Both the position numbers and the translations under genes were made by a program. This document shows positions 19,428 to 28,959 of a DNA stretch of 64,000 nt, one piece after another. Source of the DNA: an uncultured Chlamydiae bacterium (GTDB taxonomy: Bacteria; Chlamydiota; Chlamydiia; Chlamydiales; SM23-39); NCBI GenBank assembly GCA_963730605.1, contig CAVSSM010000002.1, positions 64,001 to 128,000 on the forward strand, in the 5' to 3' direction. Below the pieces are notes generated by a model that ran no database searches, was not told the DNA's origin, and saw only the letters and a list, made by a program, of their open reading frames with translations. Positions within the stretch are counted from its first letter, which is position 1. Each line of letters starts with the position of its first letter.

Positions 19428-19864
19428 ATCAACCCTGGTTTTCTCAAGGGTTGCGGTTCAAATGCACGGGATGCGGCAAATGCTGCACCGGATCGCCGGG
19501 CTACGTCTTTCTCTCGCCTGCCGATTTACACCGCCTGGCCAATCACTTCACACTCTCGTCTGAAGAGTTCGCCGCGAATTATACCTATAAGGTCGACGAT
19601 AAAATCTCACTCATCGACCGCCCTGGCACTTCAGAATGCATCTTTTTGAAAGAGAATCAATGCTCGGTTTACGAGGCCCGGCCGACCCAATGCCGCACGT
19701 ATCCTTGGTGGATCCATCACCTCCAAACACGCCAAGACTGGGAAGAGGCAGGAAAACGATGCGAAGGGATCGAACATCCGGACGCCCCCGTCGTCCCCTC
19801 TCTACACATCCAAGAGCAGTGCCTTACTTATCTCGACAATCTCCTCGAGCAAAATTTTTCGTAA
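19412..19864 (+). CDS. YkgJ family cysteine-cluster protein
   Basis: CTGCGKCC, CIFL...CSVYEARPTQCRTYPWW. Confidence 0.9.
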   Translation: MAEDIDQPWFSQGLRFKCTGCGKCCTGSPGYVFLSPADLHRLANHFTLSSEEFAANYTYKVDDKISLIDRPGTSECIFLKENQCSVYEARPTQCRTYPWWIHHLQTRQDWEEAGKRCEGIEHPDAPVVPSLHIQEQCLTYLDNLLEQNFS

Positions 19865-19893
19865 GATTTCCGGTTATTTGTTAGGATGGATCC

Positions 19894-21600
19894 ATGGCAG
19901 CAAAACTGGCTCCGGAAGTTCTTGTCAGAGTGAAAGCATGGATGGAAGGTCCATTCGATGATGAGACGAAAGCCGAGATCCGCCGGCTGATGGCCCAAGA
20001 TCCGCAAGAGCTGTCCAGCGCTTTTTTCAAAGACCTCTCGTTCGGCACTGGCGGCATGCGGGGGCTGATGGGGATCGGCACCAATCGGATGAACGTTTAT
20101 ACCGTCCGGACCGCAACGCAGGGCCTCGCTGATTACCTCAACATCCAGCCGCAACCTGAAAATGGCCACTTTGTTTTCATCGGCTACGATGTCAGGGAAA
20201 ATTCAAAAGTCTTTGCCGAAGAAGCGGCCTCCGTTTTGGCAGGAAACGAGATCCGCGTCTTCATTTCGAGAGAAATCTGCCCCACTCCCCTCGCCTCATT
20301 TGCCTGCCGCTTTTTGGAATGCAGCGCCGCGATCGTGATTACCGCTTCCCATAACCCTCCGCAATATAATGGCTACAAAGTCTATTGGAGCGATGGCGGC
20401 CAAGTCGTGCCTCCCCATGATAAAGGGATTATGGAAAAGGTGCATCAGGTCAAACAGATCCTGTCCGTTTCGATCGATTCGCCTCTCGTCCATTGGTCTG
20501 GCCGAGAAATCGATGACGCCTATTTCAAGGAACTGAAAAAACTCCAGTTATTCCCAAAGGGGCCCCATTCTTTGAAAATCGTCTATACGAACTTGCACGG
20601 GACCGGAATCCGGATCGTCCCAAAAGCGCTGGAAGAGTGGGGGTTCGAGACTCCCGAGCTCGTCGAGGCCCAAGCGGCGCCTGATGGAAAATTCACGAAC
20701 GCCCCGTCGCCAAATCCCGAAGAAGAAAAGGCGCTTGAACTGGGGACGCGCCAGTTACTACACTCTTCAGCCGACATCCTTCTTGCCACAGATCCCGATG
20801 CCGACCGGATAGGGGTCGTCGCGCGGGATGGCAACAAAGCCTACAGGCTGACTGGCAATCAGTTCGCCTGCCTTTGTCTGGCACACATCTGTGCCTCTTT
20901 AACCGAAAGAGGAGAATTCCCGGAAAACGCCGGCTTCATCAAAACCATCGTCACAACCGAACTCTTCAAAAAAATCGCCGAAGAGTTTGGCGGCGCTTGC
21001 ATCGATGTCTTGACCGGGTTCAAATATATCGCTGAGATGATCCGCCTTTGGGAAAATAGCTTCGGCGGGCTTCAATACATTTTCGGCGCAGAAGAATCGT
21101 ATGGCTGCCTCTTTGGCACTTTCGTCCGGGACAAGGATTCCATCTCCGCCTGCTGCCTCATTTCCGAGGTCGCATCGATGGCAAAAAAAAGGGGGCAAAC
21201 CCTTGTAGACGGGCTCTATGCGATCTATAAAAAATATGGGATCCATCGCGAATCGCTGACCAATCTGGCTTTCAAAGACACGCAAGATAGCCTCAAGAAA
21301 ATCGATAGCCTGATGCAAAAACTCCGTAAACGCCCTCCGTCCCAAATTGGAGGGGTGTCAGTCTCGTCCCTCGAAGATTTTTCCGACGGCTCCATGCCGC
21401 TTCCCAAATCGGACGTCCTCCGTTTTTGGCTCTCCGATGGATCAAAGCTCGTGATCCGCCCTTCGGGAACCGAGCCCAAGATTAAAATCTACGCAGAGGT
21501 CAAAGCGAAAGCGGGACATCAAATGGAATCTGACATCCAGCAATGCGATAAAAGGTTGAACCGTTTAGTCAAAGCCTTCCAGGCCGAATGCCTCGATTAG
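19894..21600 (+). CDS. Phosphoglucomutase/phosphomannomutase
   Basis: FGTGGMRG, TASHNP, DPDADR, AEESYG, RPSGTEPKIK. Confidence 0.95.
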   Translation: MAAKLAPEVLVRVKAWMEGPFDDETKAEIRRLMAQDPQELSSAFFKDLSFGTGGMRGLMGIGTNRMNVYTVRTATQGLADYLNIQPQPENGHFVFIGYDVRENSKVFAEEAASVLAGNEIRVFISREICPTPLASFACRFLECSAAIVITASHNPPQYNGYKVYWSDGGQVVPPHDKGIMEKVHQVKQILSVSIDSPLVHWSGREIDDAYFKELKKLQLFPKGPHSLKIVYTNLHGTGIRIVPKALEEWGFETPELVEAQAAPDGKFTNAPSPNPEEEKALELGTRQLLHSSADILLATDPDADRIGVVARDGNKAYRLTGNQFACLCLAHICASLTERGEFPENAGFIKTIVTTELFKKIAEEFGGACIDVLTGFKYIAEMIRLWENSFGGLQYIFGAEESYGCLFGTFVRDKDSISACCLISEVASMAKKRGQTLVDGLYAIYKKYGIHRESLTNLAFKDTQDSLKKIDSLMQKLRKRPPSQIGGVSVSSLEDFSDGSMPLPKSDVLRFWLSDGSKLVIRPSGTEPKIKIYAEVKAKAGHQMESDIQQCDKRLNRLVKAFQAECLD

Positions 21601-22352
21601 CCCTTGTGACAGGAGCGACCTCTGGGTTAGGCAAAGAGCTTTGTGAGATCTTGTCGGAACAAAAAATTCCCCTATTCCTTACAGGTCGCGATGTTAAGCT
21701 TCTTCAAGAGGCAGCTGACCGATACAATGCTGGCGCGATGCCTCTCGATTTACGCTCTTCCAGAGAGCCGCTCCTCCAGTGGATCCGCGATGAGGCGCCA
21801 GACCTTGTCATCAACAATGCCGGCTTTGCCCTGTACGGCCCCGTCATCATGCATACGACTCAATCCCAGATGGACATTTTAGAGGTAAACGGCGCCGCTG
21901 CCATTGAAATAACGATTGAAGCCGCCCGCTCGCTCTATCGCCAAAAAAAAGAGGGGGTAATTATGAATATTTCTTCCGCGGCAGGAGTTAATCCATTTCC
22001 TACTATGGCCATATATGCGGCGGCAAAAAGCCTCCTCACCTCTTTTTCCAAAAGTTTCGATACGGAAATGAAATCCTATGGCATCCGGATCCTCGCGGCG
22101 CTCCCCGGTCAAATTGCGACTCCTTTTGCAAAGCGAGCCTCAAACGGGCTTTTTACCCAACGCCCCTCTTGGATTACGCTGGAGCCGCGCCGAGCGGCTG
22201 AAAAAATTTGGAAGCAGATCCAGGCCAAGAAAGGGGAACAAGTCATTGATTTTCGCACGAGAGCTTTACTTGCCATCGCCAAGCTCATGCCCCGCGCCCT
22301 AATAGAAGCTCTCCTTGAAAAAAACATCTCGAATCGTTATACTCGTTTTTGA
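21588..22352 (+). CDS. SDR family oxidoreductase
   Basis: TGATSGLG, NNAG, YAAAK. Confidence 0.93.
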   Translation: MPRLALVTGATSGLGKELCEILSEQKIPLFLTGRDVKLLQEAADRYNAGAMPLDLRSSREPLLQWIRDEAPDLVINNAGFALYGPVIMHTTQSQMDILEVNGAAAIEITIEAARSLYRQKKEGVIMNISSAAGVNPFPTMAIYAAAKSLLTSFSKSFDTEMKSYGIRILAALPGQIATPFAKRASNGLFTQRPSWITLEPRRAAEKIWKQIQAKKGEQVIDFRTRALLAIAKLMPRALIEALLEKNISNRYTRF

Positions 22353-22441
22353 CTCATACCTGAAGGTTCTCTTTCGCGACCACTTCCCCCTCTCATCTTA
22401 TTGTTTTCCGTTGCGTTTCTCTCGAAAAGCCAGAAGAACTG

Positions 22442-22897
22442 GTGCACGAATGTCAAATTCTCTGCCAAAATGCCCGATACAAAAGACACACAAAAGTAGA
22501 AAAAGCTCCCTTTAAAGCCGATTGTCTCACATCAATTCATTACCTTTTCCGCAACAAGGTCGACATAATGATTGACTGGATCGGTAATATGCCCCGTTAC
22601 CTATCGCAGCAAAGAACTTGGAAGTGTCTTCAAATCCCCGTCCAAGAATTAAAATCCGGTGATCTTCTCTTCTTAAAACACAAAAAAAGCTCCCGGCTAA
22701 TCACCCATGTAGCAATGGTGCTAGGGCCTGATGAGATTTTCCATTGTTCGCAAGACAAAAATGGAGCGTTGATCGAGAAAATCAGCGAAGTCTTCTCCCG
22801 TTATGCCCAGCCGATCGATGTGAAGGCGATGCTCTCCTACGTCGATCCGCGGACGAGCCGCGAGGTTCAAGAAAACGAAATGAGCTCAATACTCTGA
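22442..22897 (+). CDS. NlpC/P60 (C40) family protein; start uncertain
   Basis: DCLTS (Cys), GDLLF, HVAM, FHCS. Confidence 0.7.
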   Translation: MHECQILCQNARYKRHTKVEKAPFKADCLTSIHYLFRNKVDIMIDWIGNMPRYLSQQRTWKCLQIPVQELKSGDLLFLKHKKSSRLITHVAMVLGPDEIFHCSQDKNGALIEKISEVFSRYAQPIDVKAMLSYVDPRTSREVQENEMSSIL

Positions 22898-22902
22898 AGC
22901 AG

Positions 22903-23418
22903 TCAAACCTTCACGGTGCTTTCAGCCAATTCTCTATTTGTTGCTTTCATCAGAGTTCCAGCTGAATATCGATGTGTTACAGCCAACCCGAAACCAGCCA
23001 CCAATCCTAAAGTTGCAATGTATGCTAAATGATCACTGAGCAGATTGCCTGTGGCCAATGCATGCATCTCTAGAACAGTTGAGAGCATTGAACAAGCCCC
23101 TGTTCCAAGCTTGATATTTCGAGCATTATCAGTATAATTCTTAATATTCGTATAGATTCGCTTTTGAACGCCCAAGTCAGATGTTTCGGATGCATTGTTT
23201 GCAACGGTGTTTTCTAATCGAGCAAGGCGAGATTGTAGGCGATCGCTTTTCAGCTGATCTGCACACGCATCTCCAAAAAATAATCCCACAGTTAACCATC
23301 CTAGCACCCTATATGCGAGACGAGGTAAATCCTTTTCGACAGGATCTGTGTCATAGCGAATAGCCCAAACTAAATCTTGTGTTTCTCTTGAAATTGAATT
23401 ATTTGTTTGTACAACCAT
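22903..23418 (-). CDS. Low-GC hypothetical membrane protein (Inc-like candidate)
   Basis: ATG with RBS; AT-rich relative to flanks; paired hydrophobic segments near the C-terminus. Confidence 0.6.
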   Translation of the reverse strand: MVVQTNNSISRETQDLVWAIRYDTDPVEKDLPRLAYRVLGWLTVGLFFGDACADQLKSDRLQSRLARLENTVANNASETSDLGVQKRIYTNIKNYTDNARNIKLGTGACSMLSTVLEMHALATGNLLSDHLAYIATLGLVAGFGLAVTHRYSAGTLMKATNRELAESTVKV

Positions 23419-23635
23419 ACTTTCCTATTATTTCGTTATAAAATCTTTAGGTATTATGAATGAATTTGGTTTTTTTTGCAAGAAAAAACGGACCCAAATT
23501 GCCATCCCGTTCGATCTCTGAGTCATCTCTCTGATCTAGACTCACTTACAAAAAAATCCCACCAAGCTTTAAAATTTTTCTGTAAGATTTTTTGGGCAGA
23601 GGGGCACGGGCAAGGAATTGTGGTATGCAAAATGT

Positions 23636-25741
23636 CTAATCCTTCTTCGGGTACTTGACTCGGACGTGATGGGTAATGAGGATCGTTTTGATGAGGACCT
23701 TTTTCACCCGGCTGAACTCCTCGAAGGTCAGTTGACATTCATCGAACTGCCCGTCTTCGGCCTTCTCTTCGATGAGGCGATCGATTGCTTCGGTGACTGT
23801 CTTTTCGCTAAATTCTTCCATCGAGCGCGATGCCGCCTCGATGCTGTCGCAAATCATGATGATCGCCGATTCTTTCGTGCGGGGCTTGGGGCCGGGATAG
23901 CGGAATAGCGACTCGTCGACCTCTTCTTTTTTTCCTCCCTTCAACTCCAGTTGCTTGCGGTAGAAGTAATAGACGAGGGTCGTTCCATGATGTTCGCGGA
24001 TGATGTCGATGAAAGGCTCCGGCACATGGTATTTCCGAGCTATCGCAACTCCGTCCGCCACGTGAGAAACGATCACTTGGGCCGATTCGAGCGGAGTGAG
24101 AAGCTGATGGATATTGACTGGCCCCTGCTGGTTTTCCGTATAGAACTGCGGATTATTCATCTTGCCGATATCGTGATAAAGAGTCGCCGCCCGGCAAAAG
24201 AGACCGTTGGCCCCGATGGCTGAAGCGCAAGTCTCGGCAAGGTTTCCCAGGACGAGCGAATGCTGGTATGTGCCCGGCACTTCCATCGCAAAACGGCTCA
24301 AAAGTTCGCTGCTCGGATCCATGTATTCCATAAGGGTCATATCAGTCAAAACCCCAAACAGCGACTCGAGGATCGGCAATAGTCCAACAACGAGGACGGC
24401 GGTCGTGAAGAGAAATGAGAAAGAGCCGATGACATCAATCGCAAACGAATAGCTGATCCAATGATTTTCGCTCAGGACATATGCATAGAGGACCAAGACG
24501 GAACTGAGCCACGATTTGGCGCATACGGAAAACACCTCCTTTCTCCTTCTGATGCTTCGGGAGGTGATGATCACGACGATCGATGTGACGAGGTTCAATA
24601 CGAGGAAGCGGCTGTGGTCGATGGCGAGACTTACCGACAAGATGATGGAAAGGAATGTCGCGGCAAAAAGGGCCGTCCTAGGAGAAAGAAGGATGCAGAT
24701 CAAAAGGGTTGCGAAAGGGGCGACGATGGGGTACCGGACTGCTTGAACCGCGCTCGATGTGCTCTTGATCAAAAGATACTCGGTCAATTTTGCGAAAAGA
24801 AGCGTCAAGAGGACGATACAGACAAAGAGGGAAATTTGCTGCAGCGATCGGATAAAAGTTGGCTGGCTGATGCGAAAATAGAGGGCGCTGATGACCACAA
24901 AAATCAAAGAGAGGAAGAGGCTGGAGATCATCGTCAAGGGATCCCAGAGGCGGCGGCTTTCAGAGATCGCCTGCTTCATCGCCTGCATCATCGTTATATG
25001 GCGGGATGTGATCCGATCGCCGGGATCAAGAATGCGCGCGCCCGAGTAGACTTTTGTCATCTTATCGGGGATGAGCCGGCTGGCAAGGTTCCGAATCGAG
25101 TGCTCGAGAGCCGAATCTTCGATCAGCTCCCAATGCTTGGAGCGGAAATAATTCGCCACATAGCGGATCGCTTCCGGATGAAAGGCATTCTCCCTTTCCA
25201 TCTGCAAAGAAAAGTGTTCCCAAAATTCTGGAGGGATGCCCAACTTTCCGTTTTCAAGGACGAGTTCATAATAGCTCGAATCGGTCGCTTTGAGCTCCTT
25301 GATCTTCTGAATCGTCCTAAGGTCTGTGAAACGGCACTCGAGCAGCACCGTTTCCATTTCGTCCGCAGTTTTGTACATCTCTTCGAATGTGCTGGCTGGC
25401 GCTTCAGTGCGCCAATTCTTGTTATGAATCAGCGAATCTTCAAGTTGATAGCGCACCTCCCTGATCTCTTTGTCGTCGATTTGATAGATTTTTCCGATAT
25501 CCTGCATCGCCTGTTGTTTCAGGATGATCGTCGTCTCATAATCAGGAAATTCGAAATCGACTTGCGCGATGACATAACGGCCGGCCAAGGCATTAAGCTC
25601 CAAGACCTCTAGCCTCACCTCGCGGAAATGGAGAAAAAAAGCCAAGCAGAGTGCGCAAATGGCGCCGACAATGATCCGCCAGCAGCGATTGTTCTTTGCC
25701 AGCCAGTCACGCCATCCCTCGCGAATGCGGTCTTCTCTCAT
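23636..25741 (-). CDS. 7TM-HD (HDIG) membrane phosphohydrolase, PgpH-like
   Basis: Multiple TM helices, then PGTYQHS, YHDIGK, FYTENQ, EHHGTT, FRYPGPKP, CDSIEAASRS. Confidence 0.92.
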   Translation of the reverse strand: MREDRIREGWRDWLAKNNRCWRIIVGAICALCLAFFLHFREVRLEVLELNALAGRYVIAQVDFEFPDYETTIILKQQAMQDIGKIYQIDDKEIREVRYQLEDSLIHNKNWRTEAPASTFEEMYKTADEMETVLLECRFTDLRTIQKIKELKATDSSYYELVLENGKLGIPPEFWEHFSLQMERENAFHPEAIRYVANYFRSKHWELIEDSALEHSIRNLASRLIPDKMTKVYSGARILDPGDRITSRHITMMQAMKQAISESRRLWDPLTMISSLFLSLIFVVISALYFRISQPTFIRSLQQISLFVCIVLLTLLFAKLTEYLLIKSTSSAVQAVRYPIVAPFATLLICILLSPRTALFAATFLSIILSVSLAIDHSRFLVLNLVTSIVVIITSRSIRRRKEVFSVCAKSWLSSVLVLYAYVLSENHWISYSFAIDVIGSFSFLFTTAVLVVGLLPILESLFGVLTDMTLMEYMDPSSELLSRFAMEVPGTYQHSLVLGNLAETCASAIGANGLFCRAATLYHDIGKMNNPQFYTENQQGPVNIHQLLTPLESAQVIVSHVADGVAIARKYHVPEPFIDIIREHHGTTLVYYFYRKQLELKGGKKEEVDESLFRYPGPKPRTKESAIIMICDSIEAASRSMEEFSEKTVTEAIDRLIEEKAEDGQFDECQLTFEEFSRVKKVLIKTILITHHVRVKYPKKD

Positions 25742-25794
25742 AAGGATCAGTTTATCAGAAGAGCTTATTACCAACCTTAAATTGCTAACCCCGA

Positions 25795-25824
25795 TTGCAC
25801 TCTTTCCCCGAATTTGTGTATAAT
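25795..25824 (+). promoter_or_regulatory. Sigma66/70-type promoter of dnaX
   Basis: ttgcac-18 nt-tataat. Confidence 0.55.
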
Positions 25825-25850
25825 GAGGACGTTTGAATTTAAGCGACTGA

Positions 25851-27567
25851 ATGACAAGCACTAAGTACCAAGTTCTCGCTAGGCGCTACCGGCCAAAAGC
25901 CTTTTCCGAAGTGGTCGGCCAGGAGCCGGTCGTTACGACCTTGAAAAACGCCCTTCGTTTTGATAAGGCAGCTCATGCCTACCTCTTCTGCGGATCGCGC
26001 GGCGTCGGCAAAACCACACTCGCCCGCCTCTTTGCTAAAGCCCTGAATTGCAACAGCTCAGCCGAGCGATTCGAGCCTTGCAACCAGTGCTCCTCATGCC
26101 TGGAGATCATCGCTGGCCAGTCGCTCGACGTCATCGAAATCGACGGCGCATCCAACCGCGGGATCGACGATATCCGCCAGATCAATGAGACGATCGGCTA
26201 CGCCCCGCGCGGGCAAATACAAAATCTACATCATCGACGAAGTGCACATGCTCACCAAGGAGGCGTTCAATGCCCTCCTCAAAACGCTGGAAGAGCCGCC
26301 GGAAAAGGCCAAATTTTTCTTCGCGACGACAGAACCCCATAAAGTCCTCCCCACCATCATAAGCCGCTGCCAACGCTTCGATCTCGGACGGATCCAACTT
26401 TCGCAAATCATAGGAAAACTCGAAGAGATCGCGGCCGACCTCGGGCGCGCGGCCGAACCTGAAGCGCTCCATTTGATCGCAGCTTTTTCCGACGGGTCTC
26501 TCCGCGATGCCGAATCGCTTTTTGATCAAATCCTTTGTTTTGCAGAAAATGCAGTGACAGCGGCCATTGTGAGGACCTCTTTGGGCTTGATTCCTCAGGA
26601 ACATTTCTTCGCTCTTGATCAAGCCTTCTCTGAAGCTAGGGCCGCATTTGCTTTCGAACTCGTCGAATTGCTCTTTGCCTCGGGAAAGGATCTACACCAC
26701 TTCTACGAGCAGCTCATGGAACACGTCCGCAATCTTGCGAGCGCCCGCCTAGTTGGGGAATCTGGGCTCTCCCTCCCTCCAGATCTAAAAGCGAAAACCC
26801 TCCAATCCGCCCGCCTCTATGCTCCTTCCCAATGCCTTTATCTGCTCGAATACCTCTTGCGTCAAGAGAACCACTTGCAGAAAAGCGCTTGCCAAAGGGT
26901 CGCCCTCGAGTCGATCCTCCTGCATTACATCCAAAGCAAGAACCGGATCCCCATAGAGGTCCTGGTCCGACGCCTGACGGAGATGGAAGAAACCCTCAAA
27001 TTGCGAGAACTATCTATACCGGGAGTGATTGAAAAAACGGGAATTGAGCACTGCGGACACTCAAAAACAGTCCGGGGGACTGTTTTTGAGCGAAGCAGCC
27101 CCCCAGAGCTTGAAATCGCAAAACCAGTTCCTGAACCAACGGTTAAGCTCTCACCCCTCCCGCCGCCCAAAATCGAAAGTCCGACTCCATTGCCTGAAAT
27201 CGCAAAACTGATTCCTCAACCAACGCTTAAGACCTCATCTCTCTTACCGCCTAACCTCGAGAATCCGACTTCTGAACCGGAGCCTCAACCGCGGCCTCTT
27301 TCCTTAAAGCCCACGCCATTCAATCCTTTTAAAAAAGCCGAAAAGGCGACAAAACCAGAAGCCGCGAAACCGGAGCCGACGCCCCCCCTAAAAAATGCTG
27401 CATCCCCTTCGGTGCAAGCGAAACCGGATCCTTACCCCAAAAATGGTGCATTTTTGGGGACCCTGGAGCGGGCGTTAGGGCCGATTTCTCTTGATAGCCA
27501 ATCCCGCTACGATACCCTAATGCGGTTCGCTACGGTAGAATTAGAAGGCACACTAAAATTAACGTAA
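25851..27567 (+). CDS. dnaX: DNA polymerase III gamma/tau, with one frameshift near 26205 (likely sequence error)
   Basis: [23 protein letters not shown] in the first frame; [23 protein letters not shown] in the second; extended Pro-rich C-terminus. Confidence 0.93.
27015..27098 (+). mobile_element. In-frame MITE remnant in dnaX (TATACCGGGAG end plus hairpin module)
   Basis: Same end sequence as the 47384 element; 14-bp perfect stem ctcaaaaacagtcc-ggg-ggactgtttttgag inside ctgcggacac..gaagcag. Confidence 0.75.
27112..27279 (+). repeat. Diverged 84-bp (28-aa) tandem duplication in the dnaX linker
   Basis: [25 protein letters not shown] versus [25 protein letters not shown]. Confidence 0.85.
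27432..27465 (-). repeat. Third mini-hairpin repeat, opposite orientation, in dnaX
   Basis: ccccaaaaatg-gtg-catttttgggg 11-bp stem followed by accc; resembles the 480 and 16871 copies. Confidence 0.65.
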
Positions 27568-27576
27568 GGAGCAAAT

Positions 27577-27858
27577 ATGGGTAGCGGTTTTTCGAAAATG
27601 AAAAAGCAGGCGAAGATGATGCAAGAGCAGATGAGCCAGATGAAAGATGCCTTGCAAAGCACTATAGTCGAAGGGAGCGCTGGGGCAGGCCTTGTGACGG
27701 TCATATTGAACGGCGAAAAAGAGCTGAAGAAAATTGCGATCAAACCCGAATGCGCCACCGATATCGAAGGTTTACAAGACCTGATCCTCGCCGCCTTTGA
27801 AGACGCGGCCCTCAAATTAGAAGAAAAAGAGCAAAACGACGGCCTATTCCGTAAGTAA
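27577..27858 (+). CDS. ybaB: YbaB/EbfC nucleoid-associated protein
   Basis: MKKQAKMMQ, VEGSAGAGLVTV, LQDLILAAF; follows dnaX. Confidence 0.93.
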   Translation: MGSGFSKMKKQAKMMQEQMSQMKDALQSTIVEGSAGAGLVTVILNGEKELKKIAIKPECATDIEGLQDLILAAFEDAALKLEEKEQNDGLFRK

Positions 27859-27925
27859 ATGCCGCCTCTCAGGCATTGGCTATAATTTTCACTGTTTTTT
27901 TGAGAATGAAGGCGATGGGGATATC

Positions 27926-28657
27926 ATGAGAAAACGATTTCTTAGGGTAGTGAATGTGATCGCGATGGTTGCTTCTGCTCATTGTACAGCAACGACAAAC
28001 GAGGCGTCAGTGGATCAAGAACAGGTATTGTTTGAAAAGAGCCCCATTGAGGGCCAAGTCGCTTCAGCTCTTTTGCGTCCCCAAGAACCAAAACCGCCTT
28101 ATTCTTACAATGAGGAAGCAGTTAAGTATTCTAATTCAAATGCAGGGATCTCTTTGGCCGCTACTTTGACGCTTCCTCGTTCAGAAGGGCCGCATCCTGC
28201 CGTGATATTGATCGCAGGATCGGGACGGTGCGACCGCGATGAAGAGATATTTGGACATAAACCATTTTTAGTTCTGGCTGACCATTTGACAAAACAAGGT
28301 CTTGCTGTATTGCGCTTCGATAAACGTGGTTGCGCCGAATCAACCGGAAATTATGATACAGCTACCAGCCGTGATTTTACTGACGATGTATTGACAGGCG
28401 TCGACTATTTGAAAACTCGAAAAGAGATCGATGCAAGACGGATAGGTCTGATTGGTCATAGCGAAGGAGGGATTATTGCCCCTATGGTAGCAACCCAATC
28501 CGAGGACGTAGCTTTCATTGTGTTAATGGCCGGAACAGGCGTGAATGGGGAAGAGATTCTTTATGCACAGGGCGCACTGGTTGCTCGGTCTATGGGAGCA
28601 AGTGTTGAAGTGATTGCTCATCAAGAGGATGCCCCTAAGCCTGAGCTGTCCACCTAA
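27926..28657 (+). pseudogene. Exported alpha/beta hydrolase, C-terminally truncated
   Basis: GSG..DRDE, RFDKRG, GHSEGG; ends soon after the nucleophile with no Asp/His half. Confidence 0.7.
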
Positions 28658-28702
28658 CTGACTCTATTTCGCAAGAAATTGGATATAAGAAACTTACGCA
28701 AT

Positions 28703-28731
28703 TTGACAAATAAAGATTAATCTGGTACAAT
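28703..28731 (+). promoter_or_regulatory. Near-consensus sigma66/70 promoter
   Basis: ttgaca-17 nt-tacaat, with an extended TG. Confidence 0.7.
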
Positions 28732-28759
28732 TCGATTAGAGTGTAAAAGGAGCGTCAAA

Positions 28760-28954
28760 ATGCATATTAGCTTAGCCCAAGCCCAAAAAGACCCATATTT
28801 TAACGATCTCGTATCTTCCATGAAGGAAAACTTAGGGGATATAGGCTCGACGATCAATCAGAACACGCAAGACCCGGAAAGCTCTGGCATGCCGGAAGAT
28901 AACGAATCTAGTGCTTCTTCTCCCCCTACCCCCTCGCTGCCCCCCATTGCTTAA
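28760..28954 (+). CDS. 64-aa Ser/Pro-rich hypothetical protein
   Basis: Strong promoter and aaggag RBS. Confidence 0.55.
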   Translation: MHISLAQAQKDPYFNDLVSSMKENLGDIGSTINQNTQDPESSGMPEDNESSASSPPTPSLPPIA

Positions 28955-28959
28955 TGGCG

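Noticed and set aside
24461..25612. Long antisense ORFs (also 48322-49353, 55961-57046 and others)
   Set aside because: Shadow frames of real genes, with no recognisable motifs.
26195..26220. Programmed frameshift in dnaX
   Set aside because: It falls inside the AAA+ core at a GC-rich run with no A-AAA-AAG slippery site. The known gamma/tau shift lies far downstream. A consensus error is more likely; reads should be checked.
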